Source: Harriotta raleighana
Lineage: Eukaryota
DNA length: 64,000 nt
Assembly (NCBI GenBank): GCA_050575255.1
Contig: JBNZDD010013686.1
Span: 3,902,801-3,966,800 of the forward strand
Direction of reading: 5' to 3'
The notes below the pieces were generated by a model, which saw only the letters and a list, made by a program, of their open reading frames with translations, was not told where the DNA came from and made no database searches. The position numbers and the translations under genes were made by a program. Below, piece by piece: positions 37,801 to 50,929 of the stretch. Numbering within the stretch: the first letter of the stretch is position 1; each line of letters starts with the position of its first letter.

Positions 37801-40139
37801 TTCACATAATAATTAACCATGGGGCGAAATTTGCGGCATATTATAATGCGTTCCTTGTGTTATACAAGGAATCCTTGCTGAAGGCTGGGTCCAATGTCTC
37901 AGCTACAATGTTATAAATGGAGCGTGGAAAATAGCCAACTGACTTCAGTTAATACTCCTACTAATATCAATAATCCTTTCATTTGATGTAATGTCCTTTA
38001 CTTTCTGAGGATGCCTCAAAGAGTATTTGATGTAAAGCGTAGAGGATGTTTCTTTGTAGGCAAACGTCCTGTACAGGAAGTCCGGCTAATAATTTCTTTG
38101 CAAACTGACTGTTGGGCTGCTATGAAAAATTATTTTCTAATTTAGCGCAATCATCTGACACTGGCTGTAACTACAAATTTTAAATGCAGCTGGAATCAAA
38201 AGGCCAGAATGTTCTTATTACATTGCGAGTAGCTATAGCTGAATGGTGGTGCACATTTAAAACTGAAAATAAATTCTACTAAATTCAATCTGATAGTTGA
38301 CATAGTTAATTGGAGCCCTTTCCTACATCAGCACGTCCTCTACAATAGGCCTGTCACAGCATTATGAAACAAGTTGAGAGCATGCACTACATTTAGGTTA
38401 GGAGATACCCGCTGATTAGCAACCAAGCTAATTCTCTGTGCCCCACATGAAAAGCAGGAGAAAACGACAGCGACTCTTAACATAGTTACATCCGTCTTGA
38501 GTAAATTAAATTCTGTTTTCTATTCACTTCCAATGACCCGCGGAAACAAAAGATACAAACCTCCAACTTTATTTCCCAAAGGCTGGGGAGTCAACAGTCA
38601 CATCAAAGGGATCAGTAGAAAAAAAACTTCTAATAAACGCAATAAATGTCTGACTTACGAAAATAAATGTATTTTTTTTGTCATGGCTCTTTTAGATTGT
38701 AAGCCCCTATGATGATTACTGTTGAGTGATTGGATTGTTTCAGTTATCCAGTTCACGACAGATCCTAATCTCAGGGATTTTATAGGTCTCTGGTATTCTT
38801 CAGTTTACACAAGCCACTGCACCATGACAGTGAGGCTTCTGAGTAAATCACAGACAAGCACTTAAACTCCTCGGTGGACATGAGTGAAAGGACTTCCACG
38901 GGGCCACAAAGCCAAGGTTATCAGTTTAACACAGGTGGCTTTCCTCACCCAACAGTTAGCTGAGAACTTGGACTGGCCTCATCCTCAGAGAGATTAAATA
39001 TGTTCCCTGAACCCGTGCTCATTGTTGGTGTAAACAAGTGCTCTACTACTTCAATCACTAGGATTTTAGGGTTAATAAACTGAAGCAAGATGTGTGGTGT
39101 TTTCAAGTAATCAATTTGAAGATCCTTTTAGACTAATATAGTAGTGCTATTGTTATTTATGCATTTAGTAAACATAATAAAATACACATTTTTATTGCGC
39201 CTTTCGTGTCAAGAAGGACATGTCTAAACACTTAAATTGTGTGATTCTGTTATGGAATTATGTTATGCAGTTTTATAGAGAAAATTAAGGTCAAGAAAAA
39301 AAAGTGGTTTGAGTGGAAGAATAGGTGGAGTTCAGACTGGTTTTCACTATTTGTGAAGTGGAAGTTGACCTTTCATATTGGTTGGTAGTAATGTATTACA
39401 GTAGTACAGGGAGGCACCTCATCATTTTGTAATGCTGCAGTCATTCATTTTCCTTGGCGATGTTTTCATTAAGCCCATTCTGTTGAGTATTTCATGTTAT
39501 TTAATGCAATGCTTTCAGTAACAGACCAGTGTCCAGTATTTGGATTTGTCACCCACCCCACCCAGAGACCTGCAAGTCAATGTTTCAGAGCCACAGTTTT
39601 TATAATTTGCTGCTTCAGAGTACACTCAGGATTTTAAAATTGGGTTTATATAAACCTAAATTGATTTTTTAAAACTTTTTGTAGAGAGAGAGAGAAAAAA
39701 GATTGGGAGTAATCTAACATAAACACATTTGAGGTTATTTTAGAATGGTTTCTTTGTGTGGTACATGAATAGAAATTCATAAAATTCCTCTTGACTTCTA
39801 CCACAAGCAATCTGACTCACTTCTGTATGTAAGATGCAGCAGGCCTTTTGTTACCCTTCATAAATCTAACTGAGCTGCAGTAGTACCTAAATTACATTAT
39901 TAACCCCTACTGTGTTTGCCTAATATCTTGCCCAGATGTTGCTCTGCTCCAAAAGTAATTGCAGCTTTAGGAACTCCAGTTCTAAACAGTACAACATTGC
40001 TAAGAGTTAAGCATCCATCTTCATTTGCCACGTGTCAGGAAACGAGGCAGCAAGAAATTTTAGGGGTTGCTGGTTTCATGGACATTGATAATATGTGCTG
40101 TAAGCCTGGCAGAGTCCATTACTGTGTTATTACCAACTC

Positions 40140-40541
40140 AACCTGCCTTGAATCAGAAGGTTGTGGGTGCAAGCCCTCACATCTGGATGTTGAGTTCACA
40201 GTCTTGGCAGACACTTCAGTGTGGGGCAGGGGAAATACTGCATTGTCAGAGGCATTGGATCTCAGATAAATCGATAAACCGAGGTTCCGTCTATCTCTCC
40301 ATATGGACGTGAACGACCCCATGGCACTTTTCAAAAAAAGAATTTCTCCTGCTGTCCCAGCCAACAATTGCCTAGATAAAATTGAGCATTCGCTTTACAG
40401 CTGTTTGTGAGATATTGTTGTGTGCAACTTTTGACTGCCACACCCCCTACAAAATACACGGTCGTCACATTTGCATTGAATCCTTTCAAGCGCTTTGAGA
40501 TACTCTCCCGGGTACTCTATAGAATGCCAGGATTCTTATTT
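40140..40541 (+). mobile_element. Near full-length SacSINE1/AmnSINE-like Deu SINE
   Basis: tcagaaggttgtgggtgcaagccc head; taaaccgagg, ggacgtgaacgaccccatggcact, gctgtttgtgag..tgtgtgcaa and aagcgctttgaga blocks, in order. Confidence 0.85.
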
Positions 40542-41214
40542 ATAGGTACTGTATCCACAAACATTGTTCTGCTTATTGACATGAGGGAAACTTGCAAGAA
40601 CATTGATTAATAAATATAAAGGTAGCTAGCTGGTTATATCATGCAAACCATGTCCCATATTGAATAGAAATTTGCAACATTACTTAAAATATAGTGGTGA
40701 AATATTAATCCAATCTAGGGTAGATGCAGAATTGCACACAGTCTGGATAACTAGACACAGTGGGATCGATCAAATGCCAACTGCTAAAAATAGCAGTTGT
40801 TCTATTGTATCTTTATAATGGAAGGAGGCCTGTATTTAGCAGTTGGTGTATGATATACCCCAACATCATTAATATCTCTGCTCCATGTGGTTTTATAATA
40901 GTGTTTAAAAAGAGAAATGTTCTATCAGCAGGTAGCCATGTCACTCTTGTAGCTGTCTTATTATTGTAATTATTTTTCATGCTCGCTGTCTGCTTGAACT
41001 AGATGATCGAATTATTCTTTATATTGCATGTCGACATTCATTTAGAAGTTTTACAGTGTGTCTATGTATTTATGTGAACTCACTGTGTTTCAGGGACCTA
41101 TTCAGCTTTGAAACATTAAATCATAATTCTGATCGTTGTCTTGTATTGATGGGGTTTGATTTTGATCTGGAGCCAGTCAGTTCTCTGGTAGCATAATAAC
41201 TGCTTCAGAATATC

Positions 41215-41236
41215 CACACACACACACACACACACA
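41215..41236. repeat. (CA)n microsatellite
   Basis: Directly visible. Confidence 0.95.
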
Positions 41237-42422
41237 AAGATCTGAGGAAAATTTACAGATCAGTTGTAAGCAATGGACAAGATTATAACAGAACTGGTCC
41301 AGAATTATCTGAATACATTTCTGTTTATAAGAGTGCAGAGAAAGATCAAGATGTAGATACACACTGAGTTGTGCTTAAAATCTGTATATTTGTTTAGGAT
41401 ATGAAGTTGTTGGTGTCAGTAAGGGATTAATGTTTAGCAATCACTTTTCAATCACAACATCACAAGGGAGGAATGGATAAAGAAGGGCCTTTGGCCCATT
41501 TGCTCTCATCTTTCTCGAATAGCCATCCTGCCTTCTTCCCAGTACAACATCAAGTAGTTTCTTAAATGAACCCAGTGTGTGCCGACCAAACACCATCCTG
41601 GTAACCAATTTGAGCTGTTATTGCCCCTCTGTAAAGGATAAGTTTTGCATTTGATACAGTGGGTATCCCTTTTCCTGCCCCTGGGTTATCTTCCCATACT
41701 CACGAGGACTGGAAGTTATTTTTGTGCCTGGAGCTCTCTATGGCTGCTTTCCAGTGTCCATTCGCATATAGCTTCTGAGGCATCAGGGATGCTCAGATTA
41801 TTGACTGGAATGAAATTAGTCGACTAATGTGAATCATTTTCTAGCCTAACCTGTTTACATGTATTGCCTACTGCAGCATATTAAAATCATTTATGACCGA
41901 AGATGGGAACTAATATCAAAAGCTCATCTAATTTTCCACCTAAATTTCCTTAAATAAATTTCATACGTGGATACATCAAACCCACATTTCTTGCTTGTAG
42001 TAATTGTGTTTCCAAAACAGGATACAGTGGTGCAGTTGATCCCTGAGGACATAATTGGCATCATCATGAAATTCCACGCAGGCCCAAGTCGTTGCACATA
42101 TCTTGGTCATTTATCTTCATTCTTTATGCAATTGTGTAACACTTGTAAAGAACAGGCTGATTACTCTTAGACATTAACCTCAAGGGATGCATCAAAAGAA
42201 GTGGCCTTCTCTGATGTCTGCAAAATGAATGTTGAAATGTTATTCAGATGAATCTTCTTTTCCTATTGCGTGATTCCATGTGAGAAGCAACGTTTATTTT
42301 GTGGCAACTCTCCCTTATACCTATTTAGTGTTTTTTTTAAAAGTAGCTGTTGCTTCTGAGTTTTATTAGCAAATTTACAAATAAACCTGTTTATCCCATC
42401 GCATTCCAGTCCCCTCTCAATT

Positions 42423-42488
42423 AACAACAACAGCAAAATTACATTTATAGAGCGCCTTTCACATCGGGAGGACACCCCAAGGTGCTGA
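42423..42488 (-). mobile_element. L2 3' tail only
   Basis: aacaacaacagcaaaattacatttatagagcgcctttcacatcgggaggacaccccaaggtgctg. Confidence 0.85.
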
Positions 42489-43109
42489 TGAATTGATTTG
42501 CCTAATGACAAAGTAGTCGCAAGGCGATTGAATTAGTTCCTAGATGGCACATTCACACAAGTAAACGTAATAACCCGTTCAAGATTTGACAAGAGGTGTT
42601 CTTTGTAAAGCTCACGTGAGTTTTTTTGCTCAGTTGTTACCACCGCCACTTTGACCATTGCTCTCTTCTGAAGTGGAAGAATTGATGCACGACGGTTATT
42701 GCCAATCAAAACTAGGACTTGGTACCGGACATATTGAAGAGAGTGCTATAGCCTGCCATGAGATACACCCAGAATAACATTGCCCATCACCTGTGTTTTT
42801 TATTCGCATATACAAAATTTTACAGCAACATATGAACTGAGATCTTACGACAATTGCATTACGTTTCATTTTCTTTAAAAAAATGTTAACACCAAGGGGG
42901 GAATATAATGCAGGTACAAATAAATGAGTGCAAGACTTTTTTGATGGGTGTGCTCTATGCTCAGATGAAATATATAGAATTCTTAGTTGGTGAGTGTATA
43001 GATTAAAACGTACATAATATTCAAGACATGGTGATTTAATGTTTTCACCAGTGAGATCTCAAAGCAGGATAATGTGTGAATGATTATTTTTTGTTCTTTT
43101 TTCACTCAG

Positions 43110-43154
43110 GTCAGCCTTTCGAACGAGACCAGCTGTGTGGAAGAAATATTACGG
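43110..43154 (+). CDS. AFF2: AF4/FMR2 family (AFF2-like) internal coding exon, 45 nt, phase 0-0, VSLSNETSCVEEILR
   Basis: Polypyrimidine tract and acceptor ttttttgttcttttttcactcAG, donor CGG|GTTGGT. Peptide resembles human AFF2 VSLPSDPSCVEEILR (recalled, 11/15) better than the AFF1, AFF3 or AFF4 equivalents, and joins in frame to the EMTHSW exon. Exon status is more certain than the paralog name. Confidence 0.88.
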
Positions 43155-44894
43155 GTTGGTACACTTTTTATCTCCACTCTTATCGTGACGGCTTGCGGGA
43201 TTAAATATCACAGGCTTCTTTTTCAAAAGCTGGAGTCAAAACCTCTTGTCAGAATTAATAGAACACCATACAAGAGGCACCAGTTCTCTTGGGAGAATTT
43301 TTCATTTGCAACTAACATTAAAATGTACATCATATTTCTTAGCCAGTCAAAATCAACAGATAGAATTGAAGTACGCTCACAGACAGGCTGTTTTGGAAAA
43401 AATCAAAATAAATATATATTTTTGAGGGTTTGCAGTGTATATCTCAGCCCAATATAAATGCGAGGCTGAACACCAGCAACACACCCTCTCTGCACTGCCA
43501 TTTCCTTTAATTTATTTCCTTTCCAATGGAGTTTGACCCACATTTCAATTGTGTAATTTTTCAGGCTTTCCTGACGAGATAACACTAGTGGATAGCAACG
43601 GGTGGGGGCTTGTCAGTGAAACATATTTCAGGCGCAAAGATGAGCACCAGAGTCGGTGACAATCCAGATTCCTGCAGTTGCAAAGCGGAAGTTAGTGGTG
43701 AAGGAAACATCTCAATTATTGCTCCCACTGCATTCTCAAGCGAGCACCTTCTCACGATTTGTTTAGAGATTGTGGAGCTGTTGGAAATTCTTCAGAATTT
43801 GCGAGATAGTGTTCTCGTTTGTCACCAATCACTGTTCTCGGTTGGTAGCGTTTTACCCTGGAAAATGAGGCTTTGTTTTTCCAACCCTTTTCTACATCTC
43901 TGTATATGGTATCAGAATTCAGCTTCAGTACTCTCTTCAAGCACTTTTGGGATCTCTTCGGCAGCAGCAGCTATCAATTGAGTGCGATTATTTATCCAAG
44001 TGCTTTTTTAGTTTTAATCTGCTGAAGATGCCTTTATGGGGTTGCTAACTGTATTATATGATTTGAGTGAAACTGTAACCATGGTTTGTTTGTCTATAAA
44101 AATGATGAAAACCAAACAGAAACCAGCATTATTTTGGTTCTGCATTTTGGATCTCTATTCTGCAATTGCTTTGGTGTTGTTATCCCTTAAGTATTTTTGA
44201 ATGCTTTTATTCTACTAAACTGATGAATTCCCAGAAAATATAATTTGTTTATGGCTGCACTATAATAGAATGAACCATTAACCTTAGCGAGCATTACCAA
44301 TGAATATTTTTAGGACTGCATTGGATACAACAGACGGGGGACTGGATGAACAGCTGGACCATTATAAGCTGCCTCTGCAGAGAGAAGTCATTGAGACTAG
44401 TAGCCTGTTGTACAAGAGATGAAAAATAGGAAGGCACTTTCACCTTGACTTGAGATGGTCAGAAACTTGGCTTTTTTTTAATAGATGCTGATATCATCTG
44501 GAGCCGTGCTTGGAATCATTTAGTGGGTGTGGAAGGCTAGTTCTCTTTGTCAAGTGTTTTGATCATTAACAAAGGAGATAGTGCAATCTGTTTATATGTA
44601 ATGTATGAGTGTCTGCACATTGTATGTAACAATTGCCTGTCGATGGGATACAGAGCAGAATTCAATCGGCCACCTCGCACAAACCTCAAAGGTAAAGGTT
44701 TAGCAGTTTGTGAATGCCAGCCAAGATTTGAGATTGAATTGCTCCCTTAAAGTTACCGGCTATGTGTTATCCTTCATTAAATAATAATAATAATCCTTGC
44801 ATTTGATATAACATGTTTCATGCTATGTGGTAAATTGTACTAGCAATCGCTACGGTTTACAAATGGTGACTCTTGCCAGTAACTAAAACAAACC

Positions 44895-45058
44895 TTTAAT
44901 AAATTGGTCATTTCAATCTATGACTGTTTGTGGGACACTGCTGTGTGCAATTGGCTACCGCATTTTGCCCACAAATATATATTTAATTCACTTTACAGTA
45001 TACTCTGTGAAGCGCTTTGAGACATTTAGAAGACGCGAGGATTTTTATTATTATTATA
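44895..45058 (+). mobile_element. Deu-SINE 3' half
   Basis: Close match to 48255-48443 (aaattggtcatttcaatc..ctgtttgtgggac..gcccacaaat..aagcgctttg). Confidence 0.9.
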
Positions 45059-45559
45059 ATTAGAAGAGCAGCATGCTGACCTAAGGGAGCGTCCATTCCA
45101 GACACCTGGATTAGAACATTACTAGCGGGAATCACCACTTGCAAGTCCTTAGAGATTCCAAATCACTGCATGATAAACCCACCCACCGTCCTTCCCCAAG
45201 TCCGTGGTTTAGTGTTCACTCCTAGTGTTTACATTCCTGTTATATTTTGGATTCAAATTATGGCTTTGGTCCTCAGCATTTGTAGTTTGAAGGCAGATGT
45301 TTCAGCAGCAAAACTAATGAGATTTGAGCAGCTTCATTTACTGTGACAAGAGTCTTTGATACATTGCGATGGAGCATGAGCTGAAAGCGTAAGAAACTGA
45401 CTATAACGAAAATCCTGACAGTCCATGGGTTAAAAATAACATTTAACATTTGGCTTATCAAACCAGGATGCAGCAAGTACATTGTGCATAGTAACAATAG
45501 CATCATGTCATTGAAAGGATGATGATGATCAAGGCTGTTCACTCCACTTCTCGAAGCCA

Positions 45560-46243
45560 ATCAGGAATCTGGGCGTCTTGTTCGACCCCGAACTATCCTT
45601 CCTCCCCCACATCCGCTCCATGACGTCACAGCCTTCCATCACCTCCGCAACATCGCCAGACTCCGCCACCACCTCACCCCCCCCCCATGCCGCAGAAACC
45701 CTCATTCACGCCTTCATCACTTCCAGGCTTGACTACGGGAACTCTCTCCTCGTCGGCCTTCCCAACTCCTCCCTTCACAGGCTGCAGATCATTCTGAATT
45801 CTGCAGCCCGTGTACTCTCCCGCTCTAGACTTCGTGACCACATCACTCCCACCCTTGCCTGTCTCCACTGGCTCCCCATCCCCCAGAGGATCGACATCAA
45901 GATCCTCGTCCTCACCTTCAAGGCCATTCACGACCTTGCCCCCGCCTATCTCTCCGACCTGCTGTCTCCCTATCAGTTTGCCCACACCCTCCGTTCAGCA
46001 GACTCAGGCCTGCTCCGTGTCCACTATCCTAACCGTCCAACCATCGGTGGCCGGGCTTTCAGCCTCTCTGCCTTGATGGTGTAGACATGTCCTCAAGTTA
46101 AAAGCCCTTACAGAGAGGGCAGCAACAGATGGACAGACCACCCCGCCTGCTCGGGTCCCGAACTGACTGTTTAGCACTTTGGGACGTCCTCCCGACGTGA
46201 AAGGCGCTATACAAGTGTAATGTTTTTGTTGTTGTTGTTGTTG
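45560..46243 (+). mobile_element. L2-clade LINE 3' fragment (ORF2 C-terminal region plus tail)
   Basis: The ORF 45578..46084 contains AETLIHAFITSRLDYGNSLL, LNSAARVL, DHITPTLACLHWLPIPQRI and GGRAFS. Tail gcactttgggacgtcctcccgacgtgaaaggcgctatacaa..(TTG)n. Confidence 0.95.
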
Positions 46244-47029
46244 AAGCTGATTGGGATGGAAGAACTATTGTAATAGGCTACTAAACAAATATTACTATTG
46301 CATTCCAAATTCCCCCTGATGACAATGGAAAGTAATGTACATTTTTGCAAAATAACATGTATTTGGATGTGTTGGATTAAGGTATTATCGTAGTGTTAGA
46401 ATCCAAATTTAAACCTGTTATTTCTCAGTGTACTACCATCTTGCATTAAAGCCCTTCAACATGTGTGATGTCTCAAGGGATTGAACTGGCTCAAAGGAAC
46501 AGGCTGGTCAACCATCAACAAAGCCTTAGTACTATCTCATCAATGAGACTTGATGGTGTACACATGTCCTCAAGTTAGAAGCCCTTAGAGGGAGGGCAGC
46601 TACAGATGGACAAATTCTGCACAATGTCCCAGTGTTTAATACTGATAAGAGGTTCATTTTAATACTTTGTCTTTAGCTGAAGGTTTTTTTTAAACTTTCT
46701 TTGTTTTTGTGACTTAATTGTTGGCTTGATTAAACGGAAGGGTTTGGCATTGTTGCACATCTCAGTTTTCTTTTTAACATAAAATTTGCCCGTGGAAACC
46801 GCCTTTCCTAATGCTCTACACGCTGAGCATTGACGCACTCACAATGCCTTGGACACGTGTCTGCGTCCTGCATTTGAGGAGAGCCCAGGACTGCTGATTG
46901 GCCGTTGTACAGCAGATGGGGTTGATATCACAGAGCCATAATCTCTATGGTTACAGTGTCAGCTGAGACAGAAAGCTGTGTGATGCGTCGAACAGCCATT
47001 GAGGTGATACTGACAGTGGAACTTAAGAA

Positions 47030-47265
47030 GGGAAAGAAAGAGTTTATATTCATAGGGTACTCTCACATCAGAATAAATAATAATCGTAATCCTTCCATTT
47101 GATATAGCACCTTATCATGTCTTTGAGGCAGAAAGCGCTTCACAGAATATACTGCAAAGTGACTGGAGGGACTGTGTTTTTTGTGGGCAGCCAATTGCGC
47201 ACACATATCTCAAAACACGTCCCAAGTAATCATACTTGAGTGAGATGACTGTTTTTGTAGGCAAC
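47030..47265 (-). mobile_element. Deu-SINE 3' fragment (47075-47203) nested in an older SINE tail
   Basis: taatccttccatttgatatagcacctta..aagcgcttcacagaatatactg..gcagccaattgcgcac, flanked by the halves of an older tail. Confidence 0.7.
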
Positions 47266-48106
47266 ACCAGGGACTGCTAGTTCGCCTATTCGTGATAATT
47301 CCACCCCTCTTGCAGCATAAAGAATGAAGGGTTTAAAGAATTGTCTCTGCCACACTGGCTATGTTGCCTGTTAACTCGGAAAAAAAAAATAGATTCTGCA
47401 ATGAATCCGTTTGGAAAGTCTGCAGTAGGAAGATGGATCATAGAATCTAGCTGGGCCTTTATTACAAATTCTTCCAACTCAAACCCCTTTCTATTTGCTC
47501 TTCCCTTCTGAAACCTAGATAACATGTATTTGTTTGTACATTATAGGGGAAGAGCCAATAAATTCTGCTTTACAAATTACTTGTCCTTTTATAATCCTCC
47601 ATGGCCTCACCAATCCCTACCCACCATCAATACTCACCTCAGAGTACCTCTGCCCTGCCCTTACCCTCCTTCCCTGCCTTCAATTCCTGGTTTTAGACCT
47701 AATCTTTAATGGTCAATATTTTCTTAGAGAAATACAAATTCTTCGTACACACCTCAGAAAATTGTAGGCAATGATATTGTGTGTACAAAACTATTTGTTT
47801 ACTTAAACTAAACAAATCCATCAACTGTAGGCTGGACAGTCATATGTGTCCCACGAGGGAACACTTTCATGCAGAACAGATTATGAAAATGGGCATAGGA
47901 ATGATCCAGTATTGCAATGAGTTACTGTCGTTAGAAGATCTCCTCTAGGTGTAGTTTGCAGTTACTCAACCAGGACAGTTTCAAGATTATGGCCAAGTTT
48001 AACCATGCACTGTAAGGCTGCCATATGTAGATGTAGACACCACAAAATCCTGCAGGCTATGTCTGTCCACATCTTTGTCTGAAAGACTCTAAAGTCTTTT
48101 ATTTGT

Positions 48107-48443
48107 GGAGCTCCTGTGGCTCAGTGGTTAGAGCACTCGCCTTACATGCCTTACAAGCATGAGACATATGTTCGAATCCAGGCAGATCAGGGCGAAACTT
48201 TGGGCAAGTTTCCTTACTCCACATGCCTAATAATAATCCCTCCAAAAAAACCACAATAATAAAATTGGTCATTTCAATCCACAACTGTTTGTGGGACGCT
48301 GCTGTGCGCAATTGGCTGCCGCGTTCTGCCCACAAATATATAGTCGATTCACTTTACAGTATATTCTGTGAAGCGCTTTGGGACGTTGATAAGATGTGAA
48401 AAGCGCTATATCAAATGCAAGGATTATTATTATTATTATTATT
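48107..48443 (+). mobile_element. Full-length tRNA-derived Deu SINE
   Basis: A box TGGCTCAGTGG, B box GTTCGAATCC, small gccttaca duplication in the anticodon arm, Deu core, tail aagcgctttgggacg..gcgctatatcaaatgcaagg(att)n. Confidence 0.93.
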
Positions 48444-48552
48444 GACCATTTGACTCAGAAGATACAATAATTGTAACTTGGCTTCACCACCTTCCTTGCT
48501 AATTTAAAACTAAATATTTAGTTTTTTATAAACAAATCTATAATATTAAACG

Positions 48553-48680
48553 AAAACAGAAATCACTGAGAACAATCAGCAGGTCAGGCAGCATCTATGG
48601 AGAAAGGATAAGTGAGTCAACGTTTGGGGTCCATGACCCTTTGTTTCAGATTTCCAGCATTTGCAGTACTTTGCGTTTTT
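48553..48680 (-). mobile_element. Penelope-like terminal/MITE-like fragment with partly inverted ends
   Basis: aaaacagaaat..cagcaggtcaggcagcatct.tggaga..aacgttt.gggtc.atgaccct joined to tcagatttccagcatttgcagtactttgc. A common chondrichthyan repeat (recalled). Confidence 0.6.
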
Positions 48681-48691
48681 GTCTAAAATAT

Positions 48692-48843
48692 TAATTCCTT
48701 GCATTTGATATAGAGTCTTCCAGCACCTTGGTATGTCCTCCCAATGTAAAAGATGCTCTACAAATGTAATTTTGTTGTTGAGAAGGGGATTGTCTCAAAG
48801 CACTTCACAGGACATACTGTGAAGTGGATTGACTGTATATTTG
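48692..48843 (-). mobile_element. Deu-SINE tail interrupted by a + strand L2 tail (48721-48780)
   Basis: tccttgcatttgatatag | cagcaccttggtatgtcctcccaatgtaaaagatgctctacaaatgtaatttt(gtt)n | tgtctcaaagcacttcacag. Confidence 0.75.
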
Positions 48844-50929
48844 GGAACGTGGACCATAATGCCCCCTTTCCAGTCCTATATATTTCTACATACCAGTTGT
48901 GGTAGGGATAAGTGGGGAATTAGACAAGAATGATTTAGAGATGAAGAACAATAAAAGACATTTACAGTATTTGGAAAAATTAGGTTTACTCGCAATTAGG
49001 TTGTATTTGCCACTGTGTCGAATACACTTTTCGAGGCATTTTTTAAAATCTCCCCACTCCCTCATTTCAAAACTGAAAGCAGCTCTTCCACTTCACTCTT
49101 TATAACTTTGCAATCTACATGTCGACCACGAATGAGTTTTATATGGGTCTTGTATTAGCAACTGCTTTGTGTGTTTTGATGCGCATGTGTACATGTGTGT
49201 GTTTGTGTGCGTGCGTGATTAAAACCAGGGGGTTTACAAAACAAACAGTGAGGGGAGTACATGTTGTGCATTTCAAATGATTATAGAGTCGTCATAGGAA
49301 ACTGAGTAACGTGTCCACTTGCGTCGTCAGTCAGGGAGACAGCTGTGGGAAGAGGTGATGTAAAATAAGTGTAACCAAGCAACACAGCGTTTAGCCAGTG
49401 AGAATAATGATGAAGGGTACATTTCTGAATAGCTGCCCAAGTGAATGAATCCTTATATTTATAAAAAGCACCAGACGCTTGCGGTGTGTGTGTGTGTTTT
49501 GTCAAGCAATCGTAGCAAAATAGGAATGGAGGGAGGGTGATGCTTCAAGCTTTTTAAGGAGCATGTCACAGTTGTATTAATTAGCTGGCGTTCCCGCTGC
49601 GCTGATTTTTGTAAGTTAGATAACACATGCTGCTGGTACCTCAGAAATTCTTGACTGGAATCGGGTTTCTTTTCATGGAATTTCATACCAGTTCCATGGC
49701 TTCCGGCTCTCAGAGCAGGCTTGTGTTGGTGTAGACTAGCAGGAGCCAGCTGGAGGAAACACAAGGACATCACTGAAAAAAGCAGATTGTTGTTCCAGCA
49801 ATGAACAGCATGTTCTTGTCCTGACAACTTTTCAGCTAAAGACCGATATTTTTTTTTAATAAAAAAACACAACATTGCAGATGCGTTCACAGCCCAGCAG
49901 TTAAATCTTTGCGGTCCGTACGATTCACAGGGTCACATTCAGGTTTCGAAGCACTTGGTTGTTACCTCAGTGGAGTATCAGTGGCTGAAACGCTGCTGTC
50001 AGATGTACAGACAGTATTCAGATTGCTCACTGCGTGATAATTCCTGTGCAAGCTTAATGTACCATAGTGTTCTCAAAGCTATATTTCTGGAACCTGACCA
50101 AATTGAAACAAGAAAGGAATGCAGACAGGCTTCAGCTAGTTTTTTTTTGGTTAATTTTATAAAAGATTTCAGCTTTGCGTGGCAGGGCTCTAACATCCCA
50201 AGGTTCACAACTTGCGGATTTGAATATCATCTTGACTGATATTTAAAGTCACCTGCCTTCACAGGTGAGTTTTTGTGCCAGCTGCGACCAGCTCAACATC
50301 AGTGGAGGGGAGGGTGAGTGGAAAGTTGACAAAACAGTGTTGGGGGAGGGTGGAGGGGGAGAGGAGTATTGTGGTTAAAGGTCAAGGTGTTGCAAAGATT
50401 CTCAGGACCCCCCCCCCCCCAAGACCCCACAAAAGCAGCCCACCTCCTTTCAAAGGACTGCCATCATGAGTCCCAAGTTGTTGAATTTTTTTGCTGAGAA
50501 TCACAAGTGGTTGTTAAGAGCTATATGTCTCCAAACAAGCTTGTGTGTTCAAAACTTGTGTCAATACAGCTGAATGCTAATAAGTGACTTTTCCGCTCGT
50601 AAAAATGTACACTAGGTCAGGATTTTTCTAAAAACGATTGAATTTATATTTGGACCATTCGATTGCTTTCTAAAGGATTCATTTGCAGGTATCATCTTTG
50701 CAAACAGTTACCATTGCAATGGGTGCCAAACATGCTGAGTGATAATAAGGGTAAATAATTGGCAATAGTTTATGCTTGGGTCAGCATTACATCATGAAGT
50801 GGTTTCCTGTGTCCAAAATGTGAATGGGAAGTAATTTGGTACTTTAGAATTCTATGCCTGAATAAATCTTATGTTTTTAGAGGTCTACTGTACATGCATG
50901 CTAACAGATCAACGATGGGTACTGTTTTA

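Larger units (their letters stand above)
1..43109 (+). other. AFF2: 3' part of a very large intron (>43 kb) of the AFF2-like gene
   Basis: No recognisable upstream AFF coding exon (e.g. the KPTAYVRPMDGQD exon) was seen in 1-43109. A very long intron at this position is typical of AFF2/AFF3. Confidence 0.75.

Noticed and set aside
43080-43457. 125-aa ORF as a stand-alone gene
   Set aside because: Only 15 codons bounded by AG/GT are AFF-like; the rest is intron read-through.
45578-46084. 168-aa ORF as a host gene or active reverse transcriptase
   Set aside because: It is a frameshifted, 5'-truncated L2 ORF2 remnant.
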